Source: an uncultured Chitinophagales bacterium (lineage in GTDB: Bacteria; Bacteroidota; Ignavibacteria; UBA10030; UBA6906). From it: DNA of 64,000 bases. Positions within the stretch are counted from its first letter, which is position 1. Each line of letters starts with the position of its first letter. The notes beneath the pieces were generated by a model. That model ran no database searches, was not told where the DNA came from, and saw only the letters and a program-made list of their open reading frames with translations. A program made the position numbers and the translations under genes. Shown piece by piece: positions 23,312-33,490 of the stretch. Where the stretch lies: positions 38,722-102,721 of the forward strand of contig CAYUFU010000002.1 of assembly GCA_964444145.1 (NCBI GenBank), in the 5' to 3' direction.

Positions 23312-24793
23312 CTATTTCACGAGGACTGCTCTTCTCAGGCTTCGAGACGTTGGGCTCTGCAATTGAGCAAAATACACTCCGCTCTCACCTGTCGTTGCAT
23401 TCCATTGTACTTCGTGCACGCCGCGTTCCAACCTGCCGGAAACCAATGTTGCACGTTCACGTCCAAGGAGATCAACGATTTTCAGCGTGATCCACTCGGG
23501 TTGCGCAAGCTCGAACCTAAATGTTGTTGTTGGGTTGAAAGGGTTGGGATAGTTCGGATAGAGCGTGAGCCGGTTCGGTTGTATGTCCTCTCTCACTGGT
23601 GTTGTAAGGATCGTGAATTGATATGTTTGCGACGAGAAGGTTGCCGTAGAGTCGGAGGAGCGCGCCACAACACGCCAGTAGTAGTTTCGCCCGGCGACGA
23701 GGCTCTGTAGCACGACGTAGGATGTGTCTGCAATGTCGCGTACAAGCAGGATGGTATCGCTCAGCGCCTGACTCGACGCAAGGTGCAGCGTGTAGCGAAT
23801 CTGTTCGCCCGGGTTCAACGTCATTGTCCTTCGCCAGATACACCGCAGCGGCATGGACGAAACGATGCCCTGGGGCGCAACGAGAGTAAACGGCAGGGGG
23901 AAAAGACTGCGTAAGTGACGAGTGAAATGTAGTCGAAGGTCGTTCATCGCAGAGTCGCCAAATGCATATGTCCAATACGATGGATCCCTCCTGAGCACAA
24001 GATTGAACACGCTCGTCAAATACCGTCGTGTGATCAATAACTGCTGTGGTCGGGTCAGTGTGCCGTTTGGATCTATGAAGTCGAAGGTCGCAACATCCAT
24101 AAAGCGCGTATGATTTGCTTGTTGGATGATTGGTAACGCTTTCAAGGAGCGGGCATTGTTGTACATCGGAATCTGATGCGCTGCGGGGGGCGTAATGCCG
24201 TCACTTCCGCCGGCAATGAGATAGACAACGCCGGCGATGCGGTTCATTACTGCGATTGCCGATGGTGTTGTTTCAGCGGCGGCAAGAGGCGCAACAACAG
24301 CCACATGAGAGTCTTGTGCAGCGGCAAGTAGACTTGCCCCACCGCCCATCGAATGTCCACTGAGGCCGACAGAAGCCGTGTCTACGAGCTGAAAGAACCG
24401 AGACGATGGGGTCGAGGACTGCGCTCGGAGAAAGCTAACACAATACAGCAGATCTTCGGCGAGCTGGTCGTGTCGCGTGTCGGGGAATTGCGGCGCAATG
24501 ACGATATAGCCATGCGTTGCAAGGTGTCGAAACAAAGAGAGGTAATAGCCGGTCTGCATCGCGAACCCATGACCGAATGCGATGATTGGGTACAGCCCGT
24601 TGACGGTATCTATCTGCGCTTCGCTCCCTTCAACAAACGACGGATAGTAGATGCGACAGCTCAGCGAGCGACCGCTGCGCTGAAGTGTTTGTTGTGTCCA
24701 GCCGGCTTGGCGTGGACCGGGATTCTCCGGCTGTGCGACGCTGCTGCTGATAATGAGAAACAACAATATGGTAGAAAAAACGATCGGTCTCAT
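23312..24793 (-). CDS. Secreted alpha/beta hydrolase (chlorophyllase / PET-hydrolase / dienelactone-hydrolase-like) with a T9SS C-terminal sorting domain
   Basis: Signal peptide MRPIVFSTILLFLIISSSVAQ. Catalytic region YPIIAFGHGFAMQTGYYLSLFRHLATHGYIVIAPQF and GLSGHSMGGGASLLAA (GxSxG). C-terminus NRLTLYPNYPNPFNPTTTFRFELAQPEWITLKIVDLLGRERATLVSG...GVYFAQL is a type-A Por/T9SS CTD. Confidence 0.8.
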   Translation of the reverse strand: MRPIVFSTILLFLIISSSVAQPENPGPRQAGWTQQTLQRSGRSLSCRIYYPSFVEGSEAQIDTVNGLYPIIAFGHGFAMQTGYYLSLFRHLATHGYIVIAPQFPDTRHDQLAEDLLYCVSFLRAQSSTPSSRFFQLVDTASVGLSGHSMGGGASLLAAAQDSHVAVVAPLAAAETTPSAIAVMNRIAGVVYLIAGGSDGITPPAAHQIPMYNNARSLKALPIIQQANHTRFMDVATFDFIDPNGTLTRPQQLLITRRYLTSVFNLVLRRDPSYWTYAFGDSAMNDLRLHFTRHLRSLFPLPFTLVAPQGIVSSMPLRCIWRRTMTLNPGEQIRYTLHLASSQALSDTILLVRDIADTSYVVLQSLVAGRNYYWRVVARSSDSTATFSSQTYQFTILTTPVREDIQPNRLTLYPNYPNPFNPTTTFRFELAQPEWITLKIVDLLGRERATLVSGRLERGVHEVQWNATTGESGVYFAQLQSPTSRSLRRAVLVK

Positions 24794-24954
24794 GAGCGAG
24801 CCTCAGTCGTGATTTTGATCAGAACGCATTGTGCTTCGCCGTTTAATATAGAAACCCTTGTGTGTAACAAGCAACTGTCGTGCATTGCACGCCATCAGTT
24901 TTTTTCCCTTATTGATATCAACCGCTGAGGAATGAACGCGCTCCTACGACAACC

Positions 24955-25983
24955 ATGTCTGCCGCCAAACAAAAAACGCTTCTTCTTGTCTCGTCGCTGA
25001 TCTTTTCGCTCGTGTTTGCCGAGCTCATGCTACGTTTGTTCGTGGTGCAAGAAACAAAACGTCTTGCCATCTATGATAAAGATGTGGGTTGGCGTGGACG
25101 GCCGAACGGAAGCGAGGTCTATGTACGGAGGGAGGACAGCATTGGCGTTGCATTCCAGTACAACGAGCTTGGTTATCGCGACGATCCGGTTCAGCCGCGC
25201 AGCACAGTGGCGAAGCGGATCGTCCTGTTGGGGGACTCGTTTCTCGAAAACTTAGAAGCGCCCTTCGAGAGTACGTATGTTGCAAGGCTGAGAAACCATC
25301 TCCGTAAACAGTTCCACGGCAAACTCGATCTCGTTGCGCTCGGCTCGCAGGGTTACTCGACGGCGCAGGAGATGTTGACGCTGAAGAAGTTCGGCGACCA
25401 GCTTCGACCTGACTATGTTGTACTTATATTTTTCACAGGGAACGATTTCGAGGACAACGCGCGCCGTGAGTTTGCTTATCTCGACAGCACGGGCGCGCTT
25501 GTTATTCCGCCCCATAACGTCTCGTGGCTTAGCCAGCAGTACCTGTCGTTCAAGCGCTGGTTGTACGAAAGCTCGCACCTCGTTTTCTATCTCAAGAACT
25601 TCATCGAATCTCGAACATCCATACAACTCCGCGAGAAATCGAAGGAACTTGGGCACGAGTCCAAGCAGTACAAATTCGAAATCACCAGGAAACTGATTCT
25701 TGCAACAAAGACCTTGGCGGAACAGCACGGTTCTCGCTTTGCGCTCGTTCTATTTACCAACAAGTATGATATTAGCGAGGGGCTTTGGGAAAAGACGGAG
25801 TTTGTCGAAAACATTTGCCGCGAGGCGAGTATCCCATGTCTGACATTCAAGGACCTCGACCCAAAGTGGCATTTTTTTCGAGTGGATATTCACTTCAACC
25901 CCGAAGGGCATCGCGTTGTTGCCGAGCGCATGGCGGAATTCCTTGATGCGACGTTTGATTTGCGCAAGGCCGTGCATGAATGA
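24955..25983 (+). CDS. Membrane-anchored SGNH-hydrolase-like protein (AlgX/AlgJ-type O-acetyltransferase family)
   Basis: N-terminal TM LLLVSSLIFSLVFAELML. GDS block RIVLLGDSFLEN. Later blocks VVLIFFTGNDFEDN and DIHFNPEGHRVVAERM (D-x-H of SGNH). Confidence 0.6.
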   Translation: MSAAKQKTLLLVSSLIFSLVFAELMLRLFVVQETKRLAIYDKDVGWRGRPNGSEVYVRREDSIGVAFQYNELGYRDDPVQPRSTVAKRIVLLGDSFLENLEAPFESTYVARLRNHLRKQFHGKLDLVALGSQGYSTAQEMLTLKKFGDQLRPDYVVLIFFTGNDFEDNARREFAYLDSTGALVIPPHNVSWLSQQYLSFKRWLYESSHLVFYLKNFIESRTSIQLREKSKELGHESKQYKFEITRKLILATKTLAEQHGSRFALVLFTNKYDISEGLWEKTEFVENICREASIPCLTFKDLDPKWHFFRVDIHFNPEGHRVVAERMAEFLDATFDLRKAVHE

Positions 25984-26157
25984 TCGGTAAGACCCAATGG
26001 CACCTATGTGCTATCGTCGTTTCCCTTCGGCCCTCTTGTTCCTGATTATGTTTCGAGTCACTCTTTTGTCAGTAAATAGATTGTTACTTGTAGCGTTGAG
26101 CAACCGCCACAGTGTATTCGTCTGCGGAGGCGCTCAGAGTTTGGGCCTCGACGCGCA

Positions 26158-27198
26158 ATGTCTGACATGATCACATTTCTCGATCCGTGTTCGTCCGATG
26201 AATGGATGCAGTTCGTTGCTACGCATCCACGCGCAACTGTTTTTCATCATCCCGCCTGGATACGAGTGATTCGCGAAACATACGGGTTCCCGATGTTTGC
26301 AGCGTGCCTACAACGCGAGGGAAGAATCTGCTCAGGGATTCCGCTTGCTGAGGTGCGCAGCGCGCTCACGGGTCATCGTCTCGTTTCGCTTCCATTTTCC
26401 GATCATTGTATGCCGTTGGTTCGAGAGAATGACCCATCGCATGTTGAGGAGCTGATCTCGTTTACGCGCGTCCATCGCGTGGAAACAGGGGCGCGCATAG
26501 AGTTGCACGCCGAACTGCGCGGTATGTCGGCATCGCATCTGCAATGTAACCATGTTCTCCATACACTGGACATAAGAAATGAACCATGCGAGCTGTTCGC
26601 GTCGTTCGATCGTCGCACAACGCAGCGCTCGATTCGCATTGCGGAAAAGAAGAACGTCCTGGTGAAGAAATGTCGCACAAAAGGGGAGTTCGAGCATTTC
26701 TACGAACTTCACGTCAAGACTCGTAAGCGTCTCGGCGTTCCGGTCCAGCCGAAAGCTCTCTTCGACAATATTTGGGAGCTGATGCTCACGCGCGGCTTGG
26801 GCTTTGCACTCATCGCATCTCACGGCGGTACGCCGATCGGCGGCGGTGTGTTTTTCACGTTCAACAACACCGTCTTTTTCAAGTATAGCGCCTCCGATAT
26901 GAAGTACAAGTCGTTGCAGCCGTCGCATGCATTTATCTGGGCAGCAATTCAACTCGCGCACGCGCAAGGCTGCACAACGCTCGACTTTGGACGGACAGAC
27001 CGCTTGCATGAGCAATTGCGTCGCTTCAAGAACTCATGGAGCGCGACCGAACACGATCTGAACTACACGATTCTTGGGGATCTGCCGCGGCCTGAACGCT
27101 TGTCCAAACTCCAATCCACCCTCGGGCATATCATCCGCCGCTCGCCCAAATTCGTCTGCCGCCTCTCGGGTGAGGTCTTGTACAAACATTTCGCGTAG
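26158..27198 (+). CDS. FemAB-like / GNAT (Acetyltransf_6) family protein
   Basis: ATVFHHPAWIRVIRETYG...LHTLDIRNEPCELFASFDRRTTQRSIRIAEKKNV...GGGVFFTFNNTVFFKYSASD...WAAIQLAHAQGCTTLDFGRTD fits the layout of FemAB / lipid II-peptide transferase-like acyltransferases. Confidence 0.6.
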   Translation: MSDMITFLDPCSSDEWMQFVATHPRATVFHHPAWIRVIRETYGFPMFAACLQREGRICSGIPLAEVRSALTGHRLVSLPFSDHCMPLVRENDPSHVEELISFTRVHRVETGARIELHAELRGMSASHLQCNHVLHTLDIRNEPCELFASFDRRTTQRSIRIAEKKNVLVKKCRTKGEFEHFYELHVKTRKRLGVPVQPKALFDNIWELMLTRGLGFALIASHGGTPIGGGVFFTFNNTVFFKYSASDMKYKSLQPSHAFIWAAIQLAHAQGCTTLDFGRTDRLHEQLRRFKNSWSATEHDLNYTILGDLPRPERLSKLQSTLGHIIRRSPKFVCRLSGEVLYKHFA

Positions 27199-27332
27199 TC
27201 TCAACGGGTTCCCTTAGCGGTGGACGAAGAAGCACGAGTTGCTCTCGTGATTCCTTCGTGGACGAAGCGAGTTGCTTCTCGCTCTTTGCTTCTGTAGATT
27301 TTAGCTGCAGTTGTTCAACGTCAGATCACGTC

Positions 27333-27755
27333 ATGGAAATCCCCAAACCATCCTCACCTGCTCCCGAGACGATTCAACCTCCGAAGAAAAAACGGTCACG
27401 CTGGAAATACGGCATCGGAGGTATTCTCCTCTTTCCGATCATCGCCTTCATTGCGTACACATGGTTTGTGCTGACGTGGAGTTACTCGGCGGGTGAACGA
27501 GCCGGGTACGTGCAAAAGCTTTCGAAGAAGGGATTCATCGCGAAAACGTGGGAAGGAGAGCTTGCGATGGTCTCGATGCCGGGACAAGCGCCTGAAATTT
27601 TTTTCTTCACAGTGCCGTCGGATTCGGTTGCTGACAAAATCAATGCATCGCTCGGCAAGCGAGTGAAGCTCCGCTACGAGCAGCATATCGGCGTGCCTTC
27701 GCGGCTGTTTGGCGACACGGAATATTTTGTCACCGACGTTATAGTCGTTGAATGA
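27333..27755 (+). CDS. Hypothetical membrane protein (single N-terminal TM)
   Basis: MEIPKPSSPAPETIQPPKKKRSRWKYGIGGILLFPIIAFIAYTWFVLTW. Start chosen at ATG 27333; the upstream ORF extension is Cys/Ser-rich noise. Confidence 0.5.
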   Translation: MEIPKPSSPAPETIQPPKKKRSRWKYGIGGILLFPIIAFIAYTWFVLTWSYSAGERAGYVQKLSKKGFIAKTWEGELAMVSMPGQAPEIFFFTVPSDSVADKINASLGKRVKLRYEQHIGVPSRLFGDTEYFVTDVIVVE

Positions 27756-27765
27756 ATAGCCACGC

Positions 27766-28176
27766 ATGACTCTCGTGCGCGATAGGTTTTGGCACACGCT
27801 GTTCGGCGTTGGTATCGTAACGACTGTCGTCGGGTTTCTTGAGTTGAGCATGCCAGAGGTCGTTCTTCGCCAACTCGCAGTTGACCTGACGACCACCAGC
27901 ATGTATCTTCTCTCGGTGGTTGGTCTCATGACGGCGACGTTCGGTCTGATGTTTCTCTATGCTCTGGCAAGCACAACGCCGCAGTATGTTGCCATTCTTT
28001 GGTCCGGCTTGCAGAAATGTTCCACCGCCGCGCTGCTCGGCATCGCGATACAACGGGGGATTGTTTCCAATGCGGGACTTGTGCTCGCCTTGTTCGATTT
28101 AGTCGCCGGCGTGATGATTGTCGGCTATTGGTACTGGGTGAGGCAAGTGGCGAGAGAGAGCGAGGCGGTCGAGTAA
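27766..28176 (+). CDS. Hypothetical membrane protein (4 TM)
   Basis: Hydrophobic helices FGVGIVTTVVGFLEL, MYLLSVVGLMTATFGLMFLYALA, LVLALFDLVAGVMIVGYWYWV. Confidence 0.5.
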   Translation: MTLVRDRFWHTLFGVGIVTTVVGFLELSMPEVVLRQLAVDLTTTSMYLLSVVGLMTATFGLMFLYALASTTPQYVAILWSGLQKCSTAALLGIAIQRGIVSNAGLVLALFDLVAGVMIVGYWYWVRQVARESEAVE

Positions 28177-28232
28177 ATTGCGGAGCATGCAAAACGAACT
28201 ATTCACAATCAAGATTTCAACAAGGAGGGCTC

Positions 28233-28652
28233 ATGCCGCTTAACAAAATCACGATCAACACCAATGGCGGAACAGTCAGTGTCGCAATTGCGTTTGGCTT
28301 CGCGCAGGTGGGAGCGTACACATTGAAGCTCTGGTTCCAGAATGGACAAGGCAAATTGTTGGGAGAGGGAGTCAACACCGACTTCAAGCCCGACGTGTTC
28401 GATTTGCCGAAGCCTGCGAAAGTGAACATCGGACGGATTCTCGACTGCGTTGCAACCGTGATTGCGCCGAATCCGAAACCGGGCGAGCGCTATCGTGTTG
28501 AAATGATTGTGCGGCAAGATGGAAAGCTGTGCGGCAAGGAAGTTGACGAAGGTGCGCTGACGCGCCGATCGGTTTCGACCCGATTGGCTGCCGAGCTTGC
28601 CGCAGCCGCGGTGACGCGAGCAACGCCACGCACGCGGAGGAAAACGCGATGA
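28233..28652 (+). CDS. Hypothetical protein
   Basis: ATG 28233 is preceded by AAGGAGGG. ORF-track start 27999 gives an Arg-rich extension and is rejected. The stop overlaps the start of the next gene. Confidence 0.5.
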   Translation: MPLNKITINTNGGTVSVAIAFGFAQVGAYTLKLWFQNGQGKLLGEGVNTDFKPDVFDLPKPAKVNIGRILDCVATVIAPNPKPGERYRVEMIVRQDGKLCGKEVDEGALTRRSVSTRLAAELAAAAVTRATPRTRRKTR

Positions 28653-29695
28653 GACCCCTCCTTCTTGTTTGTTTTCTCGTAGGGGGAAGTTGCGCGTTTG
28701 CTCAAGATCTGACACCGGGTGGACTGCTTGCTCCTAATGCTCGGCTGAACTTCGCTGTGCCTGACGCGCCCGCGTTTACGATTCTAAACTATACGCCCTC
28801 CATCATTATTCGTCCTACGAGCGTGAAAGAAGTTGCGCTTGCGATTTCGGATTTCATCAACGGCGGGGGCGTACTGCCGCGTAATGTCGGTGCAGAGTTC
28901 TCTCCCGGCATGCTCGTCGGCGGCAGTACCCTTACCATTCGCCAGTACAACGCGAATCCGTTTTGGTATCGCATGCGCATTTCGGCTGCAACGCAAACGA
29001 CAGATGATAACACGGGACGAATCCGTGCGGCGCTCGGTGTTCGTTTCACTTTTACAGACGATGCAGATCCTCGAACGGACCGCCCGTTCATCGAAAATCT
29101 TTCTGGACTTGCGGCCGCCATCAATCGCGCGGTTGCGAGCAAGGTACAGGAGAAACCGCCCGATGGCTCCGGACCAATCGCTCCCGATCTGGTTGATGTC
29201 GAGGCTCTCGAACAGGAAGTAGAAGCGCTGCGTGCCCGCCAGCGCGAGGAGCGGTGGAACGCGAATATTTGGGAATTTGCCGCTGCAGCGCGCTTCGGCT
29301 CACGCGATTCGCTTGCCCGAAACTCTGCCGTGGAAAAATATCAAGGCTGGATTGCCGGGTCGTTTCGCGTCGAGCAATGGGGGCAATTCATCTTCAACGC
29401 ATCGGGAAGCGTCGAGCGCGGAACGAATTTCAAGATGGACTCGACAGCGTTCGCGATGAGTGCGCGATTCTACTTCGGCAGCAACGACATGAAGGTGTTT
29501 GGCGAAGGGCAAATCACGGCACTCGAAAAATCTCCCGCCATCTATCTCTTTAACATCGGTGGGGAGCTGAATGCGATCAGCAGCTTTTGGCTCGAGTTTG
29601 CGGCAGGATTCGAAAAACGCGGCAGCGAGCCTGCCATTCTTCGCACCGCGTTTCACGTTCGGTGGAGTCTGCCGGAGGTGTTCTCGTTTCGATGA
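28649..29695 (+). CDS. Secreted hypothetical protein (possible OM beta-barrel)
   Basis: Signal peptide MRPLLLVCFLVGGSCAFAQ. Alternating beta-pattern. C-terminal aromatic-rich ...FHVRWSLPEVFSFR. Confidence 0.5.
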   Translation: MRPLLLVCFLVGGSCAFAQDLTPGGLLAPNARLNFAVPDAPAFTILNYTPSIIIRPTSVKEVALAISDFINGGGVLPRNVGAEFSPGMLVGGSTLTIRQYNANPFWYRMRISAATQTTDDNTGRIRAALGVRFTFTDDADPRTDRPFIENLSGLAAAINRAVASKVQEKPPDGSGPIAPDLVDVEALEQEVEALRARQREERWNANIWEFAAAARFGSRDSLARNSAVEKYQGWIAGSFRVEQWGQFIFNASGSVERGTNFKMDSTAFAMSARFYFGSNDMKVFGEGQITALEKSPAIYLFNIGGELNAISSFWLEFAAGFEKRGSEPAILRTAFHVRWSLPEVFSFR

Positions 29696-29997
29696 GCTAG
29701 AGGGTTCGACGAGTGGCTCAGTGTGTTATTAATGACGTTCAAAGGCGCACATGCCAGGTCATCGTCAATGATACAATGATGTGCAATTCAAGCGGACTCG
29801 TTACGAAAAGGGAATGCCTTTCACTGATGGATGGCTGAATTGTCTATGACACATAAGATCGGTCGGACGATGTAGCGCGTCTGCTGCCAACCAAAATCTT
29901 TTCTTCACTCTCCCCGCGTGTTGCAACCTTTCTCATTTCCCTCCGTAATGACTGCAAGTCAATCGTTGTACTAACGAAAATTTAATATTCCAAAGTA

Positions 29998-30054
29998 TTG
30001 ACATCTCACCTATCTTTGACCTAAATTGTAGTCCATTAAATGACCTGTAGTCAG
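29998..30054 (+). promoter_or_regulatory. Candidate promoter (TTGACA-N17-CTAAAT) and direct-repeat operator (TGACCT...TGTAGTC x2) upstream of the TetR/efflux operon
   Basis: TTGACATCTCACCTATCTTTGACCTAAATTGTAGTCCATTAAATGACCTGTAGTCAG. GGAG lies 12 nt before ATG 30080. Confidence 0.3.
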
Positions 30055-30079
30055 TTATTGCATAGGAGATTTCGAAAAA

Positions 30080-30766
30080 ATGGGCATAATTGAGCGAAAA
30101 GAGCGAGAAAAGGAGATGCGTCGAGAGGAGATTATTGACGCTGCGCAGGAGATTTTCTTTACGAAGGGAATCGCGAACGCAACCATGGACGAGATCGCCG
30201 AAAAGGCGGAGTTGAGCAAAGGGACGCTCTACCTCTATTACAAGAGCAAGGAGGATTTGTATCTCGCCGTCGCGATGCGGGGCTCGGATATCATGTACAA
30301 GATGTTCGTCGACGCGACGCCGCTCACGAAGCCGACGTTGCAACGGATTTCCGATCTCGGCGAAGCCTACTTTGCGTTTTTCAACATGCACCGCGACTAT
30401 TTTCGCATGTATCAATACTTCGAGACTTCGCAGTTCCACAAGCAGGTCTCACCTGGAATGCTCAACCTCTGCGCGTCGCATGACGACAAAATTTGGCAAT
30501 TAGTCATCGGCTTGATTCAACAGGGCAAAGACGAAGGTCTCTTGCGAGACGACATTGATCCAGCCGAATCGGCGATCATCTTGTGGTCGAGCGGCAACGC
30601 GCTGATGCGGCAAATGGACCGCGACGACAAGTACTGGAAGGAGCACATGAAGATTGATTTGGAGAAGACGATGCGAAAGTCGTACGAGTTGTTACTCGAA
30701 GGGATGATGACAAAAAAAGGAAAGACAAAATTCCAATTACTTAAAGCCATGAAGGAGGCTGCATGA
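30080..30766 (+). CDS. TetR-family transcriptional regulator
   Basis: HTH region [44 protein letters not shown]. Confidence 0.85.
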   Translation: MGIIERKEREKEMRREEIIDAAQEIFFTKGIANATMDEIAEKAELSKGTLYLYYKSKEDLYLAVAMRGSDIMYKMFVDATPLTKPTLQRISDLGEAYFAFFNMHRDYFRMYQYFETSQFHKQVSPGMLNLCASHDDKIWQLVIGLIQQGKDEGLLRDDIDPAESAIILWSSGNALMRQMDRDDKYWKEHMKIDLEKTMRKSYELLLEGMMTKKGKTKFQLLKAMKEAA

Positions 30767-32217
30767 TGGAGAAGCTATTTGCAATGGCACGGTATGAATC
30801 AAGCTCCAGAAGGAACACCACAACGAAGGCTGTCCACTGTGATTCAAGATTGTTCTTTACGCCATCTGCGGCTCAGGCATTGCGCATTCTTCTATGTGCT
30901 ACGGCGTTCTTGATAACAGGAACCAGCATGACCTTTGCTCAATCGCATCTCGCACTCACGGTCGAGAAAGCAATTCAACTTGCGCTCGAGAATAACAAAG
31001 CGCTCCACGCGTCGTTAATGCGATTGAACTACGCCGATGCGCGAGCATCGGAGGTGCATGCGTCACGTTTGCCATCAGTGAAGTTTACGGGCGCCTACAC
31101 GCGGCTGAGCGACGTCCCGCCGTTCACCGTGTCGTTACCGAACTCGTTGCCTGCGCCCTTCGGTGGTAGTTCGTTCACGCTCTCGCCAACCCTCGTCAAC
31201 AACTATACATTACGCGCGTCGGTAGAGCAGCCTCTGTTTACCGGCTTCAAGTTGGACGCCGCTGCTCGCGCCGCGGAGCTTAGTGCACGCGCCGCTGAAC
31301 AGGACCATGATAAAGAGAAAGCGGAGCTGATATACAATGTGCGCGTTGCGTATTGGTCGCTGTTCAAAGCTCTGGAGTTCCAGAAGCTGGTGGACGAGAA
31401 CGTCGAGCAAGTGAAAGCGCATCTGAACGATGTGGAGAAATTGATGGACCAAGGAATGGCGACCACGAACGATGTGCTGAAAGTGCAAGTGCAGTTGTCG
31501 GATGCACAACTTCGCCAGATAGAAACGCACAATAACGTGCAGCTTGCGATGATTGGTTTGAACAACCGGATGGGCATTGCGCTGCAAACGAGAATTAACA
31601 TCGAATCGGATATTCGTCACGATGTGCCGAAGCAGTACTCCGATTTGCGTACGCTCGTCGAGCGGGCACTCCAGAACCGCCCTGAGCTGAAGGCGATGGA
31701 CTTTCGCGTCAAGGCTGCAGAAGCGGGCGTGACTGCGGCGAAAGCGAATTGGTTTCCACAGGTTTATCTCGCGGCAAATTACAATTACAATCGGCCGAAT
31801 CAACGCATTCAACCTGTGCAGGATAATTTCAAGGATACCTGGGACGTCACACTGGGCGTCCAACTCGATGTGTGGAATTGGGGCAAGACGCTTCATCAAA
31901 CCGATCAAGCATCTGCGCAACTTGAAGAAGCGAAGGATGGCTTGGCACAACTGCGCGACGGTGTTACGCTTGAAATCACGCAGAGCTTTCTCACCCTCAG
32001 CCAAGCGAGAGAGCGCATACGAGTCGCAGAACAAGGCGCAACACAAGCCGAAGAGAGTTATCGCGTCACGAGCAAGCGTTTCAAAGAAGGGCTCGCGCAG
32101 AACACCGATGTGCTCGATGCGGAAATCGCGCTGCTGCAAGCTAAAACAAACTACACCCAAGCGCTCGTTGACTCTGAACTCGCTGAGGCACGATTGGAGA
32201 GGGCACTTGGAGAATAG
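30763..32217 (+). CDS. TolC-like outer-membrane efflux protein
   Basis: Two-repeat OEP architecture ([15 protein letters not shown] ... [17 protein letters not shown]). Signal peptide ...[22 protein letters not shown] suggests the real start is the in-frame TTG at 30880. Overlaps the TetR stop. Confidence 0.75.
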   Translation: MMEKLFAMARYESSSRRNTTTKAVHCDSRLFFTPSAAQALRILLCATAFLITGTSMTFAQSHLALTVEKAIQLALENNKALHASLMRLNYADARASEVHASRLPSVKFTGAYTRLSDVPPFTVSLPNSLPAPFGGSSFTLSPTLVNNYTLRASVEQPLFTGFKLDAAARAAELSARAAEQDHDKEKAELIYNVRVAYWSLFKALEFQKLVDENVEQVKAHLNDVEKLMDQGMATTNDVLKVQVQLSDAQLRQIETHNNVQLAMIGLNNRMGIALQTRINIESDIRHDVPKQYSDLRTLVERALQNRPELKAMDFRVKAAEAGVTAAKANWFPQVYLAANYNYNRPNQRIQPVQDNFKDTWDVTLGVQLDVWNWGKTLHQTDQASAQLEEAKDGLAQLRDGVTLEITQSFLTLSQARERIRVAEQGATQAEESYRVTSKRFKEGLAQNTDVLDAEIALLQAKTNYTQALVDSELAEARLERALGE

Positions 32218-32337
32218 TGGCTTAAGCTTCAACGGCAAACTCTGAATAAGGCATAGGCGTTGGGCAATGCCTCTCCCCTCGGAGGGAGTTACGTCAAGGC
32301 GGGAAGTACAACGAATTTTGAAACCAACCAATCATCC

Positions 32338-33399
32338 ATGAGGAATAGTATGAGAAGGATAAAAGCAATAGCAATAAGCGTCATCGTTCTTGGCGCCATC
32401 GTCGGCGTGCTCTTGAACAATAAGGCGAGGATGCAGGCAAAGTCGAAAACCAACGTGCTCACGTCGTATCCCGTTTCCGTTGCGGCCGTGAGTGCGATGC
32501 AGTTGTCGGAAACGCTTTCGCTCACAGGGACGATTGCAGCAAACAGGGACGTTGCAATTGTCGCTGAGACACAGGGGCGTGTTGTTGGTGTGTACGCGAA
32601 TGTGGGTGATTTCAAGAACGCCGGAGCGACACTGGTGCGAGTTGACGACGAGCTGCGGAGAGCGGAGCTCATCAAGGCAGAAGTCAACTACGAGCGCGCG
32701 AAAAAGGACGCCGATCGCTTTTCGAAACTGCGTGATGAACATGCGGCGACCGAATGGCAAAAAGAAAACGCATGGCAAAGCTACAAGATCGCCGAAGCCG
32801 AGTACATTCGTGCGCGCAAAGCCTATCGCGATACGAAAATCAGCTCACCCATTGCAGGCGTGATTACGTCGCGCCCTGTTGACGTTGGAACGATGGTGCA
32901 GCCGGGGATGGTCGTTGCGAACGTCGTTGATATTTCAAAACTGAAAGTGAAGTTGAATGTTGCCGAGCAGGATGTGTTCAAACTAAAAGTCGGCGACCCT
33001 TTGGAAGTAACGACGGATGTGTACCCGGGAGTGAAGTTCAAGGGAAGGATCGCGAGCATCAGTTCGAAGGCGGATGAGTCACACACCTATCCAGTCGAAA
33101 TCACCTTGCCGAACAGCACAGAATATCCGCTGAAGGCCGGCATGTTTGGTCGCGTGAATTTTGTTTCGATGAAGTCATCGGAAGTGCTGACAATCCCGCG
33201 CGAGGCGCTCGTCGGCAGCATCAAGAGTCCGCAAGTGTTTGTCATTGAACACTCCGTTGCTAGGCTGCGTGACTTGGTTATCGGTTCACGCGTCGGGACG
33301 AATGTTGCCGTGCTGCAAGGTGTGAAGGAAGGTGAGACGATTGTGGTGAATGGACAGACGAATTTGAAGGACGGTGTTGTGGTCGAAGTCATGAAGTAG
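32338..33399 (+). CDS. Efflux RND periplasmic adaptor (membrane-fusion protein, HlyD family)
   Basis: MRNSMRRIKAIAISVIVLGAIVGVLL anchor. LTGTIAANRDVAIVAETQGRVVGV. Coiled-coil. SSPIAGVITSRPVDVGTMVQPGMVV. Confidence 0.85.
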   Translation: MRNSMRRIKAIAISVIVLGAIVGVLLNNKARMQAKSKTNVLTSYPVSVAAVSAMQLSETLSLTGTIAANRDVAIVAETQGRVVGVYANVGDFKNAGATLVRVDDELRRAELIKAEVNYERAKKDADRFSKLRDEHAATEWQKENAWQSYKIAEAEYIRARKAYRDTKISSPIAGVITSRPVDVGTMVQPGMVVANVVDISKLKVKLNVAEQDVFKLKVGDPLEVTTDVYPGVKFKGRIASISSKADESHTYPVEITLPNSTEYPLKAGMFGRVNFVSMKSSEVLTIPREALVGSIKSPQVFVIEHSVARLRDLVIGSRVGTNVAVLQGVKEGETIVVNGQTNLKDGVVVEVMK

Positions 33400-33490
33400 T
33401 CAAGAGTGATACCCGTGGAGTGTTCCTGTGTTCGAGACTTCAAAGTCCAGGCACTCTCAACTGAGACAATGCACGTGAAGGAAAAACGAA

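Noticed and set aside
30763-32217. Full-length ORF start for the TolC-like gene
   Set aside because: Not rejected as a gene, but the first 39 codons lack signal-peptide character. TTG 30880 is the more plausible start. Coordinates left at the ORF-track start because this is unverified.
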